Of a stretch of DNA of 64,000 nt, positions 24,152 to 37,969 are shown piece after piece; within the stretch, counting starts at the first letter, position 1; the number at the start of each line of letters is the position of its first letter. The notes beneath the pieces were generated by a model, which made no database searches, had not been told where the DNA came from, and saw only the letters and a program-made list of their open reading frames with translations. The position numbers and the translations under genes were made by a program. Location of the stretch: NCBI GenBank assembly GCA_965235115.1, contig OZ249436.1:54872001-54936000 (forward strand), in the 5' to 3' direction. Origin of the DNA: Laetmonice hystrix. Taxonomy: Eukaryota.

Positions 24152-24595
24152 TTACCACAGATTACCATACACAAACCGATTGGAAACGGCCATAGTAATG
24201 ACGTGAAACAAAGATGGCGTCACAATTCAGTGATTTGTCAGTGGCGACACCATGCGTCGGAGGAGATAAACTAAACGCCCTCCATAGGAAAAGCATGGCA
24301 TGACAGGTTTAGGACAACATATCTGACAAATGACCTGCATTTTTTGGTGGCAGGTGTAAAAAAAACGGTACTCGGATGCCCAGGGTAGCCATATTTTCCC
24401 GCTAGGCTACCAACCTATATCCAAAATGGGACTGAGAGGACGTTCCCAGCGGGGCTCATGCATAACTTGTCATAGGCGCATTGTAGTTTATCTCACCCGT
24501 CGTCAGATGTCACTAGTGGTCACGGGCGCAAACCGGAAGTTTCAAATCGGCCTATCTCGTTTCCAATCTGTTTGTGTATGCTAATCTGTGGTATT
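24152..24595. mobile_element. MITE with ~35-bp TIRs
   Basis: TACCACAGATTACCATACACAAACCGATTGGAAACG / CGTTTCCAATCTGTTTGTGTATGCTAATCTGTGGTA. Confidence 0.7.
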
Positions 24596-25711
24596 AGGCC
24601 TACTGCCACTTAATTTAGGGGTTGCAGTGGTGCATAGGAAGGGAAAAAATACTGGGGGGGCAGAAGTGACGTCACAATGACTTACGCCTATGGCCCCCAG
24701 CTTCTTATGCCACTGGGTTGTAACGCCCAGCGTTAATTGATAGGACGGGAAAGAGTTCAGTTTCTAAACGGTGTCGTCCAGAACACCGTTTAGTTGTCGA
24801 GTGATGCTGGCCCAGCGATTCTTGGATGCTCTGCGAAGAGGTCCGTTATCGCAACTTTGCGGCCTTTGTTTTGGTACTAAACTTCTTCCACGGAGCATGA
24901 AATCGATATTTACAGAAAGCCACGGTATTAAAATTTCTATTCCGACCTTGATTATAATTATTGGACAAATATAACGTCCACACGGTCCGGTTGTTTACGA
25001 GCAAGTCGGGTTCGTAGCTCCGTCACCCTTCTGCGGTGCACCGAGCGACGGGGAACTGAGAAAAGTTAGATCGCTCAGGACTGGTATCTGAAACGGGTTG
25101 CTTCACTCCGTGTCGTCATTGTCTGCTTGAGAAGGTAGCGCGACCTACTTATGCGGTCCGTTCCGGATCCACTGTACAGGTCGGAAATACGCACACCCGA
25201 TAAACTGGGTCACGGCTCGTCGCCTGTGCTGGGCTGTTTTTGACCAAACAAACTGAGAATTTCACCTACTAAGATAACATCCAACAAAATACATTTACGT
25301 ATCTGTTGAAATAACCTCTTTTGTGTACTCATAGCAAGTTTCAGTGCCAAAAGTGGTTTGAAACATGACTTTGAGGCGATGATGCGCGATAGGACAGAGA
25401 TACCGCAGACCGCCAGCGTGACACCTTGTGCTTAGCGGTACTACGCGATGTCTTTACCCTAATCCAAGGGAGTTGGTACACACAATTTGATGACGTTTTC
25501 GACATCTCCAGTAACTGAACTTTCCAGACTTGACTGTAAAAAATTATACATGAACATGTACATTATTTCCTGCTCTCGAAATCATTTTGTGGGAATGAAA
25601 TAACATACCCCCCCCCCCCCCCATGTCCCCTTGGGGCTCCATAGCAACCAGTATATAGGAAGATCTCGTGCGTTACGCTCAGTTTTGTTTATATGGGCCA
25701 TCATACATAAG

Positions 25712-26464
25712 AGACAGGTTCTGCTATCCCGTTCCGTCTCCGGCTCCGGGATCGGCTATGCCGATCTCGAAGCCTCTCCGGCTCCGGGATCGGCTATGTC
25801 GATCTCGGAGCCGGAGACGGAACGTCGTATTTTGGTTTTGCTACGCCGGCGCCGCCGCGTAATAGGAAGTGAATTTTTTTCGCTGGGTTTTTAAACTCAG
25901 GTCTACCATTCTGGCCGGCGGACCACGCATCTCGAATCGCCGTCATGGCGGTCGGAAAAAATCCCCGCGAACATGGCCGCGTACCTCGAAAACTTTACAA
26001 CCTAGCTCCACCAAACTTTTAGAGAATAGAGAGACACATGTTTGTAGTCGATATGGCCAATTTCATAAGAATCGGTGCAGAAATGACATTTCTGTCGATG
26101 GTAATTTGAACCCCCTATCTGGGTCGCCGTTTGTGTCGCCCTGCGAGCGCCATGCGATGACACGGCCTATAGCTGCAGTGAATGCAAAACAGCACATCAC
26201 TTTATGACCAAAATACATTGTAGTTGAAAATACCACGAGATAATTGTGCTGACAGCCGATTCACTAAAGTCTTCAAATATTAATCCAACTACTTGACACT
26301 TCAAAACCCTACGCCGTTAGACACTTAGGGACAGAGCCGATCTATCTCGGGACCCGGGAACGGCTCAGCTTCAAAATACGCGCGTATCGATGACGTCACG
26401 GTATTTTCTGATGACGCGACGCTGTGCTAAGGCGGAGACGGAACCGGGATAGCAGAACCTGTCT
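25712..26464. mobile_element. Non-autonomous TIR element (~750 bp), possible 3-bp TSD
   Basis: AAG|AGACAGGTTCTGCTATCCCG.TTCCGTCTCCG ... CGGAGACGGAACCGGGATAGCAGAACCTGTCT|AAG. Confidence 0.75.
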
Positions 26465-28394
26465 AAGGCTCGGGCACGGCTCGGGATCGTGGTAGATTTT
26501 TAGGGAAAGTTTTGGGACTGGTGTTAGTGAGAAAGGTTAGGTTTGGACCTAGAAATGGTGGTAGATATAATAGTTCTTTTGTTGACAGGATATCGTTGGG
26601 GCAGACAAGATAGGCAGAGAAGAGAAAAGACCTTCGCTATGTATCTTTCTGTCGAACGATCGGATTCTGAAACACATAGTTCAAATATATTAATTGGCCA
26701 TCGTGTCGTAGAGCATCTCATCAGTTAAATTCCATGGTTTTTGTTTTTATTTCGGACGATCAAAAAAGCAAGCTGTGGCAGATGTTAAAAGCCTGTCTGG
26801 TTCAAAAAGCATGCCCATATCCTATTCCGTATATAGACCCTGGTTTAAACTTCATTACCCTTTGACCCATAAGTTCTATTCAGTCAATAACAAGTCCTGA
26901 ATATTACTGAATCAAGCAAAAATAATTGTCCAAAATATTGTTTCCATTAGTCTTTAAACAGTCCCTTTTGTTACGGAAATTGGTCTTTTTAAACATCAAA
27001 TTGCAATTTGTTGTTAATGGGGATTGTTCAATCACGTACTATTGTCCTAAAAGTCATTTTGCCCTTTTCTCACGAAACGATTCTTTCATCTATAACATAG
27101 AGCTCGACTTTCAGTGCACGTTTCCGAACGCACGTGCGCAAACAACCCCTTCCTGCCAGATGACCAGAAGGAGTAGGCCTGTATATCAATGATCAGTGAC
27201 CATGAAGTCTATACCATGACCTGCTGACCGTCAAACAGCAAATAGTTGCGGGTGGGGCTAGGTCATGTCTACATTTCCTAACTCTCATTGCCACTTTCTG
27301 TCGCAAAATAAACCACACATCTACGTTATCCTATATCACTGAAGTTTAACCTTCAGATGGTGTGGGGGACTTGACGGCACGTGTGTCGCTCTGTCAGAAC
27401 AGGGCGGTGTTCAAACGGCACCCTTTGCCTGTTTGTACTGTAGCAGGAGTCTTTTGCTCATTGATGCCCCCCCCCCCCAACCCTGGTTTTTAGTTTGCAA
27501 ACCCAGTCTTAAGATTCCAATCTTAAGACTGAACTCTTGTTTCAGAACATCTGATTGGTCTTTCAAATGAAGTTAGCCAATGAGGGACTATATGTTGTGC
27601 CCTCTTGTCTTTATTTCGTCCAGATTGTGTTGAAACCAAATAGATTGAGCGGATGTATCGACAGAAGGTATTACAACTTGGTCAATGTCGGTGATATTTG
27701 GAGACAAATAATACAGAGAATTGCAGTTATAGCCAGTATTTGTATAGAGATGTCGAAGGGATCACCATTGTTTAGGGCTATTGTACTTGATTAGGCCTAT
27801 ATATTATTAAAACTTTAAATAGAAATGTTTTCTTTCTCAATAAATATTACACCAGTTTTCAGAAAGGAACTATTGATTCCCTTATGCTAGGGCGTGGTGG
27901 TGGGCTTAACCATGATATCCAACTCCCACGACACTTCTACAAATTCTACAAATCTACTACCGTCTACAGCAGGTGTTCCCATGTAGGTTTAGCTAATGAG
28001 GGCGTTGTCAAACTGCTCTAAAGGGGATCTACAATGACGGAGTATCTTTGTTAAAACTATTTTCCTACACAGGGCATCTGTCCCCTGGGTTTAATTGACA
28101 GGGCCTGCTCCCATAGTTGTACCCAATAGACGCTGGAAAATGGTCACAGTGGGAAGGAGTAGATGCCCCCTGTTGGGGGTGCAAGCCGGGGTATATAGGT
28201 TGTGGGACCAATCCATCAAGCTTTTAGTTTGGCGGGGACAAGGCACTTTGTCCCTAATGGGGTCAGATGTCCTATGACATTAGTGACAAGTGTTTCCCCG
28301 ATCCTCAACCTGGAACAGTTCCCTCTAGAGCAATTTTGGATTGCGTGCGACCCTGTATAAAAAGTCACAAATTCTTGGGCAGGTGACCGAGAAA

Positions 28395-28881
28395 GGTTAG
28401 ATAGGGTTAGATAGGAGGTTAGATAGGGCCTACCCCGGAGATTAAATAGGGTCTACCCCGGAGGTTAGATATGGTCTACGCCGGAGGTTAGATAGGGCAT
28501 ACCCCGGAGGTTAGATAGGGCCTACCCCGGAGGTTATAGATAGGGCATACCCCGGAGGTTAGATAGGGCATACCCCGGAGGTTAGATAGGGTATACCCCG
28601 GAGGTTAGATAGGGCCGTACCCCGGAGGTTAGATAGGGCTTACCCCTGGGGTTAGATAGGGCATACCCCGGAGGTTAGATAGGGCATACCCCGGAGGTTA
28701 GATAGGGCTTACCCCGGGGGTTAGATAGGGCCGTACCCTGGAGGTTAGATAGGGCATACCCCGGGGGTTAGATAGGGCTTACCCCGGAGGTTAGATAGGG
28801 CCTACCCCGGAGGTTAGATAGGGCTTACCCCGGAGGTTAGATAGGGCCGTACCCTGGAGGTTAGATATGGTCTACGCCGGA
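28395..28881. repeat. ~23-bp minisatellite (~20 copies)
   Basis: Unit GGAGGTTAGATAGGGC(A/C/T)TACCCC, head to tail, no spacers. Confidence 0.95.
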
Positions 28882-30384
28882 GCTCATGATTTAGTCGCCA
28901 GATGCCACGTCCATCGACACAACCAGATTCTGCATGCTCGTAGTTGCTCGTGAGATAACCGGTCATGGATGGCGCAGCCTGGCGGAGTCAGAACGAATCT
29001 ATATTTGAAGTAGTGCCAAGAGGGCTATACATGTACCCCTTGGTAGCTGGTAAGTAGGTCAGTGAATTTATCCGATTTCACGCAACACTTCATCGACATA
29101 GCTATACTCATATATTATCGTTAGATCTCCAGGCCCTTGAATCTATAGGCCTACAGCCCCATTTTCTCAGGTCGTTGACGAGGCCTACTTTGATTACAGA
29201 GAATTAATACGAGGTATCATATAAACGTCTAGAGCAAGCATATCTATGGGGCGCGGCGTAGAGGATTCAGTGCAGGCCTAGAGCATGGTAGAAACCATTG
29301 TAGGGCCTATCCATTTTTGCGTTATTTTCGTGGTGTTTTTGCGCATAGAACTGCTGTACGTACAACGGTACCTATAATTTAGCGCCACCTGGTCATTAAT
29401 TTGGAACTAAAACCTGTGGTGTTGAGCTGACATTGCCAGTTTCGCCGCCTTTATATGAATTCTGTAGTCGAATCACACTGGTTTACAATCTTTTAATAGA
29501 CCTCACCTGTCCAAGAAAAGTCAAGATGTAAATTCAATATTGAACATTAAAACAGCAACACTATGAGAAATTCATACAGTTTAATTTTACATTAAATCCT
29601 TGCAGCCTATTATAGGTTTTACACACGCTCTTAACAAAGCTTCTTAAAAGTAAAGAGATTTTAAGGTCATATAAAGATCAACATAGGTCATATCGAGGTC
29701 AAACAACAAAATAATGATTAGGACCCCAGCCTTAGTCGATGCACCAAATTTGATACATTTGCAATGATAGGGGCGTCAATTTCTATTGAAAGTGGGGGGG
29801 GGGGCTCTTTAAACTTGCCCGACCTTTCATTGCGATGGTTGAAGGGGGTGTTTCGTTAAGAGGGCACGAAGCAAAGGTAGGGACTCTTCACTTTAGTCAT
29901 TTTCTTACACATAATGAAAAAGTGGAGGAGGGAGAATCAGGAGACTGATCGTATAGCCCGCCATGCAAGGATCTCACTAACACGCAAAAAAGCTGAAAGT
30001 GTTGGGGGGGCATGGCCCCCTGCCCCCTACTCTGACCCCACTGAATGAACAGCTTCAGAGTTTTGGTAAAATATGCCCGCCTCTGGAATAGTTTATATTG
30101 CTGGCGCCACCTTTCGGTTAAGTTATAAGATTTTAAACCCCAGGATACTTGTAAATAGGCACACCTGCTCTTCTTTCCATCGCCATCTGGTGGCTTGGTT
30201 GTGAACTATATGACGACCTCTCAGTGTGCAAACGCCATAGGCCGCTCGGCACACCCATTCGGCCAACCTCGGGACTCTCCGGGCCAGATCCTCTCGGCCC
30301 TCGCACGGTCGTCACCATGTTGGATCTTCTTTTATCACGTGACACAACGTGGTCAAAATGGCGACGGCCGATACACCGACAAAG

Positions 30385-30683
30385 CACTCGGAACACCGAC
30401 GCTGCTTCTGATTGGCTGTTTCTAGGTCATATCCGGAGGCGAAGCAGGCCTCGGATGTATGAAGCGGCCATTTTCCCGTTTTTCGTGCAAAGTAGTGTAA
30501 AGCGGTCGCACATGAACACAGAGAGTAAATAGTCGACCCCTACGCACGGGCACATAGGCCTATAGTTCAAATATAATTTCTCAGCATACCTGTACCTCGA
30601 ATTTTCTATCGTGGAGACAAAACAGTCTCTTCTTCACCTGGGAGGAAACCCAGATATTCTGACTTTGTATAAAGTCCGACACT
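30385..30683. mobile_element. Half copy (spacer plus one arm) of the 32609-33153 foldback element
   Basis: Matches 32845-33150 (GGAACACC.ACGCTGCTTCTGATTGGCTGTTTCTAGG...AAAGTCCGACAC). Confidence 0.75.
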
Positions 30684-31795
30684 AGGGAGTTCTACATTTT
30701 CGGCACGGCGGCAGCGCGCGAGTTTGTTGCTTACATCCGGGTCAGCGGTCCCGACCTAGCCACCCACCCACCCCACCCCCCAGCATGGGAACCTTCGTCG
30801 TACAGCCGAGATATGATGGAGTCAATCGTGGGTGAGCCGAGTGACCGACAAAGGTGAAAGACAAGCAGTGTCTGGCTTGTTTAAAAGCAGATCTCCGCTT
30901 GATACCTCTGACAAGTGGATTAAACGTCAAAGTAAATCTATTCAGGTATCTATTGATACTTATTGTTTATCGTCAGACAGAGGTCAACGTTTGTCCCACG
31001 GACGCGCTGTCTCACTGGGGATTCCATCAGGATTCCTTCGGGCGTATGACGTCATTTCTTATGTTGATACAAGCTAGTAAAGTCGTATGATTTCATAAAT
31101 ACCGCAAAACTGAATGTGTCGCGGCTGCTAAGAACGATCGAGACTGCAAATCTTCGGAAATTAGGCCTATCCATCTTCACCGATGAACAATCCCGCGTTA
31201 GGCCGAATACCGACAATCTATGAACTACTTTGGGCACTACGCGAGTTGTGATGTGCCCAAACCCGTGGAATCACTGTCATATCTCTACGGCTTGCGAGGT
31301 CCGAGACCACAACTAGCTAAGCGACCGGAAGTTGGGCCGAGGTGTTCCGAATGTCGGCACACCGTTCGACTGACTGACGTCACGATGTCTCGGCTGTAGA
31401 TCTACGACGAAGGTCGCCATGTTGGGGGTGGGGTGGGTGGCTATATAGGTCGGCATCAGTGGCCCGGTTGTCTATGGTCAAAGAACCTCGATCGAAGTTC
31501 TTTGCTATGGTTGTAGACAACAGCAAACTACTGAAAGTCCCACGGTGCCGCCGTGCCGAAAATGAAAAACTCTCCCTTAATAAAAGAAAAGGCTTCCGCC
31601 AGTCTGTACAGGCCAGGCACACAGGCCGTGATATTCTAAGCAAGTTAAAAAATATTTGAACACAATTGGTGCTCAAATAGTTAAGATATAAGCACTTCAG
31701 TGCCGGAGCCTGCTTAGAACCTCCTCCGCTGGGCATCGCGGCCATAGCTGTCTGCTTGTGCCCATCTCTTTGGGAGGAACGAAAAACTGACGCAC

Positions 31796-32042
31796 TATGG
31801 AATACCGGCGACGACATGCGAGATGCGAGACAGTGTGTTTGGGTTAGGGTAAAGGGTCTAGGCCTAGGGTTAGTGTTAGTTTTCACTTTAGCCCCAAAAT
31901 TATTGTCAAATAGGCACTAATTGAGCAGTGGATCGTGATGTCGGTGTCAATAAGAAACATTGTAGGCCTATATGTGCAAAATTGACACTGTTCGGTTCCA
32001 TGTCGCTTCTTGCATCTCGCATGTCGTCGCCGGTATTCCATA
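31796..32042. mobile_element. MITE with ~33-bp TIRs and internal telomere-like GGGTTAG motifs
   Basis: TATGGAATACCGGCGACGACATGCGAGATGC / GCATCTCGCATGTCGTCGCCGGTATTCCATA. Confidence 0.75.
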
Positions 32043-32608
32043 TGCACCTGTTGCGTTGAGCGAACCAAAGACCATGTTGTAGGCCTATGGTCTGAGCGAA
32101 CGTTGACAGCTTATTTATATAAGCAAAATTTGTTAGAACATAGGCGAAAACCATCGATCATAGTAAAGAGGATTGGCTAGGAATTAAGCCTACCGATGTC
32201 AGGGGATATATCAGGGTGGACACGGATCTCGGCAAGCTCCAGCCGGCTGCTGGCAGTGTCAGACTCTTGTGGTCACTTCAGCACAGACCTGTTTTAGTTG
32301 TGACTGTGACTGTGGGACTGACCCCCGTTGATTTTGCCGACCCGCCCCGGCTGCCTTTACTTTAGTCTAGTCTAGCCTAGCGCCTGCATACAATAGATTA
32401 GCCCCGAAACGTCACTTCCGGCCAGCCCAATAGCAACAAATGGCTGCGCCGCTGAAGCCAGTGATTTTGACACGGTTGTCATGTTCAGCATATGACTTCT
32501 TGGAATGGGGGGATATTTATTTCCAACCACTACTCTGAAAGGTAAGTGCATATAGAGGTCTTGCAGCTGTCCAAATGTGATTTTGGACTGGTCTTCCCCT
32601 TTAATTAG

Positions 32609-33153
32609 CCTGTGTCGGACTTTACAGAGTTAGAATATCTGGTTTGCTCGCCGGTGAAGAAGAGATTGTTTTGCCTCTACGGTAGGAAATTCGAGAAGAA
32701 TAGGTATGTTGAGAAATTAGATTAGAACTATGTGCCTGTTCGTAGGGGGAAATTGGACTATTTACTGCTCATCTCTACATCTGCGATGCCGCTTTACACG
32801 ACTTTGGGGAAATCCTGGGGAAATGGCCGCTTCATACATCCGAGCATTCGGAACACCAACGCTGCTTCTGATTGGCTGTTTCTAGGTTATATTCGGGGGC
32901 GAACCAGGACTCGGATGTATGTAGCAGCCATTTCCCCAGGATTAAGTCGTGTAAAGCGGCATCGCGGATATATATATGTAGAGATGAGCAGTAAATAGTC
33001 GAACATCCCCCCTACGCACAGGCACATAGTTCAAATTTCTCGACATAGGCTACCTATCCTTCTCGAATTTTCTACTGTAGAGGCAAAACAGTCTCTTCTT
33101 CACCTGCGAGCAAACCAGATATAGGCCTATAACTCTGTAAAGTCCGACACAGG
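32609..33153. mobile_element. Foldback element: ~235-bp inverted arms around a ~65-bp spacer
   Basis: CCTGTGTCGGACTTTACAGAG...CATACATCCGAG [spacer] CTCGGATGTATG...CTCTGTAAAGTCCGACACAGG. Confidence 0.85.
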
Positions 33154-36100
33154 CGCAGGTAAAATTCCTCATTAACGTACCTTTAAACACCAGTAACACC
33201 ATGTGAAGTGTCTAAGGTCGCGCGGATAAGTGGATCACTGTCTAAGGCGACTTTTAAAAATACCGTCTGGGTCATTCGCTATTTTCACACGCTACGCCGC
33301 CACTGGCTTCATCGGACACTCACTCACTACGACTGCACTACTGACTGTGTACTCGGTGACAGCAGACACCTTTTTCTCTCTCTCTTCACACCCTTATTGG
33401 GGCATGTTAACAAATACAGAGTTTGTGTGCGGCTATCGTTTGCAACCCTCTCTGAAATCGTCAATGAATCTGCCGCCATCATGGGCATGTTTCTGGTAAA
33501 AGTGGAATCGCAGTGGGGCTGGAATAGCGGCACCCTGGCTGGGAATCTGCGTGGTTCGTTCCGCCTGGCGGCCACATAACAATTCGTGGACAAGTAGGGC
33601 AGACAAGCAGACGAAGTCAGCGGGAGAATGCCTAGCTACATTTCAGTTGATTATTCCTTTATTAAAGATCAGACCATCACAGGATTGTAGGTAGGAACAA
33701 GCTTGTTCATGCTGAACACCATTATATTGATAGTTTGAACTTTTCTATGGCCTTTAAGTGGGGAGTTTTCCATTTTCGGCACAGCGGCACCGTGGGCGTG
33801 AGACTTTCAGTTTGCTGTTGTCCACATCCGGGTAGCCTTGTTCCGCGACCTACACGGGAGGCGGGAACCAAGCTAACATCCGGGCCACTGATCCCGACCT
33901 AGTCACCCACCCACCCCACCCCTCAATATGACCACCTTCGTCGTACAGCCGAAACATGACGTCAGTCAGTCGAACGGTGTGCCGAGTGACATCCGAGGCC
34001 TGGTTCGCCTCCGGATATGACCTAGAAACAGTCAATCAGAAGCAGCGTCGGTGTTCCGAGTGCGCCATAGGCTGCACACACGTAGGCAATCGGAAGGACC
34101 GAGCCATTTCCGGTTTACTTTGCTATTCGGGAAAAGGACACGGACAGTGAAGGTGTCGAAATTCTACGGACATATAGGGCAATCCGCTAGAGATGTAGTG
34201 TGGTCTCTGATCCGGCCGATTGAAACTTTAGTGCAGTCGATTGACCAACTGTTTTAGTGGTTGTGGGCATAGGCCTATAAACAACCTTTCACCACCTGTA
34301 GGGCCTACATGTTGATAATGAGCAAACAAGTAACAGGTTCACATATAATTTGATGTAACAATACGATTTTGGCAGTCCGACTTTTACCATAATGGCGGCG
34401 GTACAATATGCGACAACGAGGTCCTTTTGGAAGGTAAATGTGACGTCATCGATGACGGACAGTTCGGCAACTCAAGCGACTTGGGTGATTTCGATTGCAA
34501 CTCGGGTAACATGTGCACGGGCCGAACCCGGGTGTGAATCGAAGTCGGCCCTACTGCTCTTATTGTTTCTCGCACGCTCACATTCGCGCCCATTTGCTGA
34601 AATGAACGCTCATAGATCCTGCACGGGACTCTGGGCAAACCGCAGGGGGTAACGAGGACACCGGGGCGAACTAGTTTCACCGCAGTACATGGAAGACATG
34701 GCTTCCCGCATGAGCTCAAGCTCAAGACAGTCAACCAGCGTAAGTTTAATTCAAGACCTGTTCAACAACATCAGCGATCTTGCCGACCGGAACGCACTAC
34801 TTTGTATCTACCGTGTAGTAATTGACGAGTGAGGTGGCGCGGATGCTCCTAATCGGGCCGTGAGTGATATGTAATCTGTGAGAGTGCTTTCCCCGCACGA
34901 ACGAAGATTGCCGAAAGGACTCGAGTGTGAGAATGTGTTTCTCGAAGCGAACTCGGCTCAACTCGGATGTAATCGGAAATAACTCCGCATCACTCGTATC
35001 TCACTCGGCTGAATTCGTGCCAAGCTCATGGCAACTCGAACTCGTACAAAGCCCTTTGTAGGAGGCGTGCTGAGTTACTACGAGTTGTACTACGAGTTTT
35101 GCCGATTACCTAAAAGTCACTTTTTGCTCCTCCCACGGGCTGACCAGAGGGGGGGGGGGGCGTCCGTCTCTAATACCTATTATTGTTAGAACTACCTGTA
35201 TAGGTCGAGACGAATGGGCCAGAGAATCTGGTGAGGAGCAGGTTTTTCTTTTAAAAAATATAAAAACAACTTCCCTGTTACTGAGAAGGGTTGGCAGTAT
35301 TTGGGGGTTTTAAGTAGGCCTACCACGTCCAGGAGAAACGGTATACGGGTGGTCAGTAATTAACAACACGACACTGCGTTCAGTTTAATCCATATTTACT
35401 CTCTCTGTCTCTCTCTTCCCCCCCCCCCCCCTATAATTTACATCTTGTGTTAAAATGACACATAAAATCACAGAACATGTACATGTAATGAAGCCTGAGA
35501 CAAGTTCCACCAAAACAAACCAAGTCTTTACGTGGCTGTGTGTTGACTACTGCTGTACGGCCACTTTACGGATCTCAACAAAAGGTTGTAATCTACGGCA
35601 TGTAACTGGACCTTCAGCCCGCTCGACTCCTGTGTTAACGGCAGGTGTTTAATACACAATGACACAATATCATAATCATTTCAGTGGCGGGGTAGTTTCT
35701 CGTGCTGCTAAATAAGATTACTCGAAATCCTCAAAATAACTATTTTGTGAACTGTTCAAGTGCGGCGTTCGCCATTCCATCAGATCATAAGACTAATACC
35801 GGTAAAATACACTGTTTGGTTTCGGCGGCATTGCTGTAAAAATATTTATGGCAAGATCCATTATATCCTGCCAATTAGAACTGGCATGTTGATAGGGCGA
35901 ATACTCATGTTATCTACACCAGAACATTGTGTTTGTTATATGTTTTCACGTCTCTTTTGTGTATTGTAAAATAAAGAGCTAGATTTACAAGTTATTCACT
36001 TATATTAGTTATAACTTAAAGTTCCACATCGTATTACTCACGGCAATAAGATTCACGGCTCCTTTTCTATCGATTTAACTCACAAAGAGTTGACATAATC

Positions 36101-37969
36101 ATCATTGAATCTTGGCTACTGGTAAACTATTCAGCTTACAGCACATTTCAACATGTACATATAAGTCACCACAGTAGGCCTAACATGTAAATACCGGTAG
36201 GCCTATAGCCTAATAATGCCACACAACGAAGAGATATGCATACCAGCATAATTGCACTATATATCTGACTCTCTGGGAACAGGTACTACCTCCCTGTACC
36301 CGCGCAGGAGGTAACACCTTTCGGGTTCCCGAGACTAAATTATTATTAATTTTCATAATCATCACCATTATCACATAATGCTCTTCTGCCACATTTAAAC
36401 AAACTATGTAGCTCTCACTAACCGTCCAGGCGTTACGTCACAATCCATAAAGCGACATCACAATTGGTCTAGTTACAGTACATCTGTACTGAGACTCGTT
36501 TCAAGCTAACTGGTGGAATGGTGCTCAATGTTTGAAATGAATGCTACCAACAATTGACATAATAATCACCCCAAATTATTATAATTACTTCTATGAATGA
36601 CACAAGGGTTGGAGTATTCGACTCAAGTGATGCTGACACAGATGATGGAACATTGCATTCTGCTTACGACTGATTATAATATTTTAATGTGATGGACTGA
36701 TGACGTCAGCATCACTCTGATTGGACGCCTTACTGTGGGACTCCCTCTAAACATGGTCCCAGCACTGGTCAGGCAGATAACGGTTAGATAACACGTATTG
36801 GCCTTCACAACTATTAGGATGGCTCATGTATACGCCACTTACACCGGCTTAGGCTAAAGGTGATGAATACCCGATTTCACCAGTACAAGAAATCACACTT
36901 TTAACCACTAACATCTGACAAAGTGGTTTATGATTCCAGTAAATTTGTTTCCCGACTACAGAAGGCTCTACACCCTCCTTTGTACCGAGTAGAGATTTGA
37001 AATTAGTTTAAACTTACTTTGCCGATTATCCTTTTAAGAAACCAACAGAATTACAGCAGCCCACTGCATCATGTCTTGGGCAAAATAAAATTTAAAAAAC
37101 AACTTTTGACTGGACAAAATGGTATTATTTTTTTCACAGATATGTGGTCTCAGAAACATGCACCTTGAGATCAATAGGCTTCTTTAAAAGGCTTCATATT
37201 AGAAATTGCTCATTCAATGTGACCAAATCCTTTACATTTCTGTACACGCGTTTTTACAAGGTAATTAACAGAAAACACTTTATACAATTTTCATTATACA
37301 ATTTTCCTGCAGTCTGACACAACTGACATGGATAACATCATATACATATATATTTACAATAATAATTTACTTGAGGCAATGTACAATTGTTTCCCATATA
37401 ATACCAATGACTTGGGCATGTATTTAAGCGTGGGTATGTGAGTCTGTGTATTGAAGGTAAATGAAGATTTTTATCCTCAAGCTTTGATGATATGGCGACG
37501 TTTGGAATCGAACACTAACCTTGCTACCATTTGAAAGAATAACCTTAGTGTACGACACATATGTACACAATGTTTGGCCACGGCTTATTCTCTTGCAGTC
37601 CCTTAAAATCTTGACATACTTTGTTCGGATTCCAATAATAATCTGTTTGTTGACAAGTCATTCCTCAGAATAATCTTGACATGGTTTTTTACATAAATAA
37701 CTTTAAATACTTTCGTACACTCACTCACACCTATTTTTGACGCAGTCTTCCAATTACCCAATCAGTGCTCTTGAATCTGAGTGGTCAATACCACTGGCAG
37801 TCTACTTTGGCACGTGGTTTGACTATAATACATACATACATACAAATATATGCAGACATACATGCAGACTATACATCTGGCGAATTGTTCCAACCCGTCA
37901 GAGCCCCGCTGTGATTTTCTACTATTTATATGAGACTTGGCAGGCAGGTTGGGCAGCCAATGGCGACAC

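Noticed and set aside
28395..28881. Short-repeat array with a slightly variable segment (CRISPR/iteron-like)
   Set aside because: Variation is only 1-3 nt per 23-bp unit; ordinary minisatellite.
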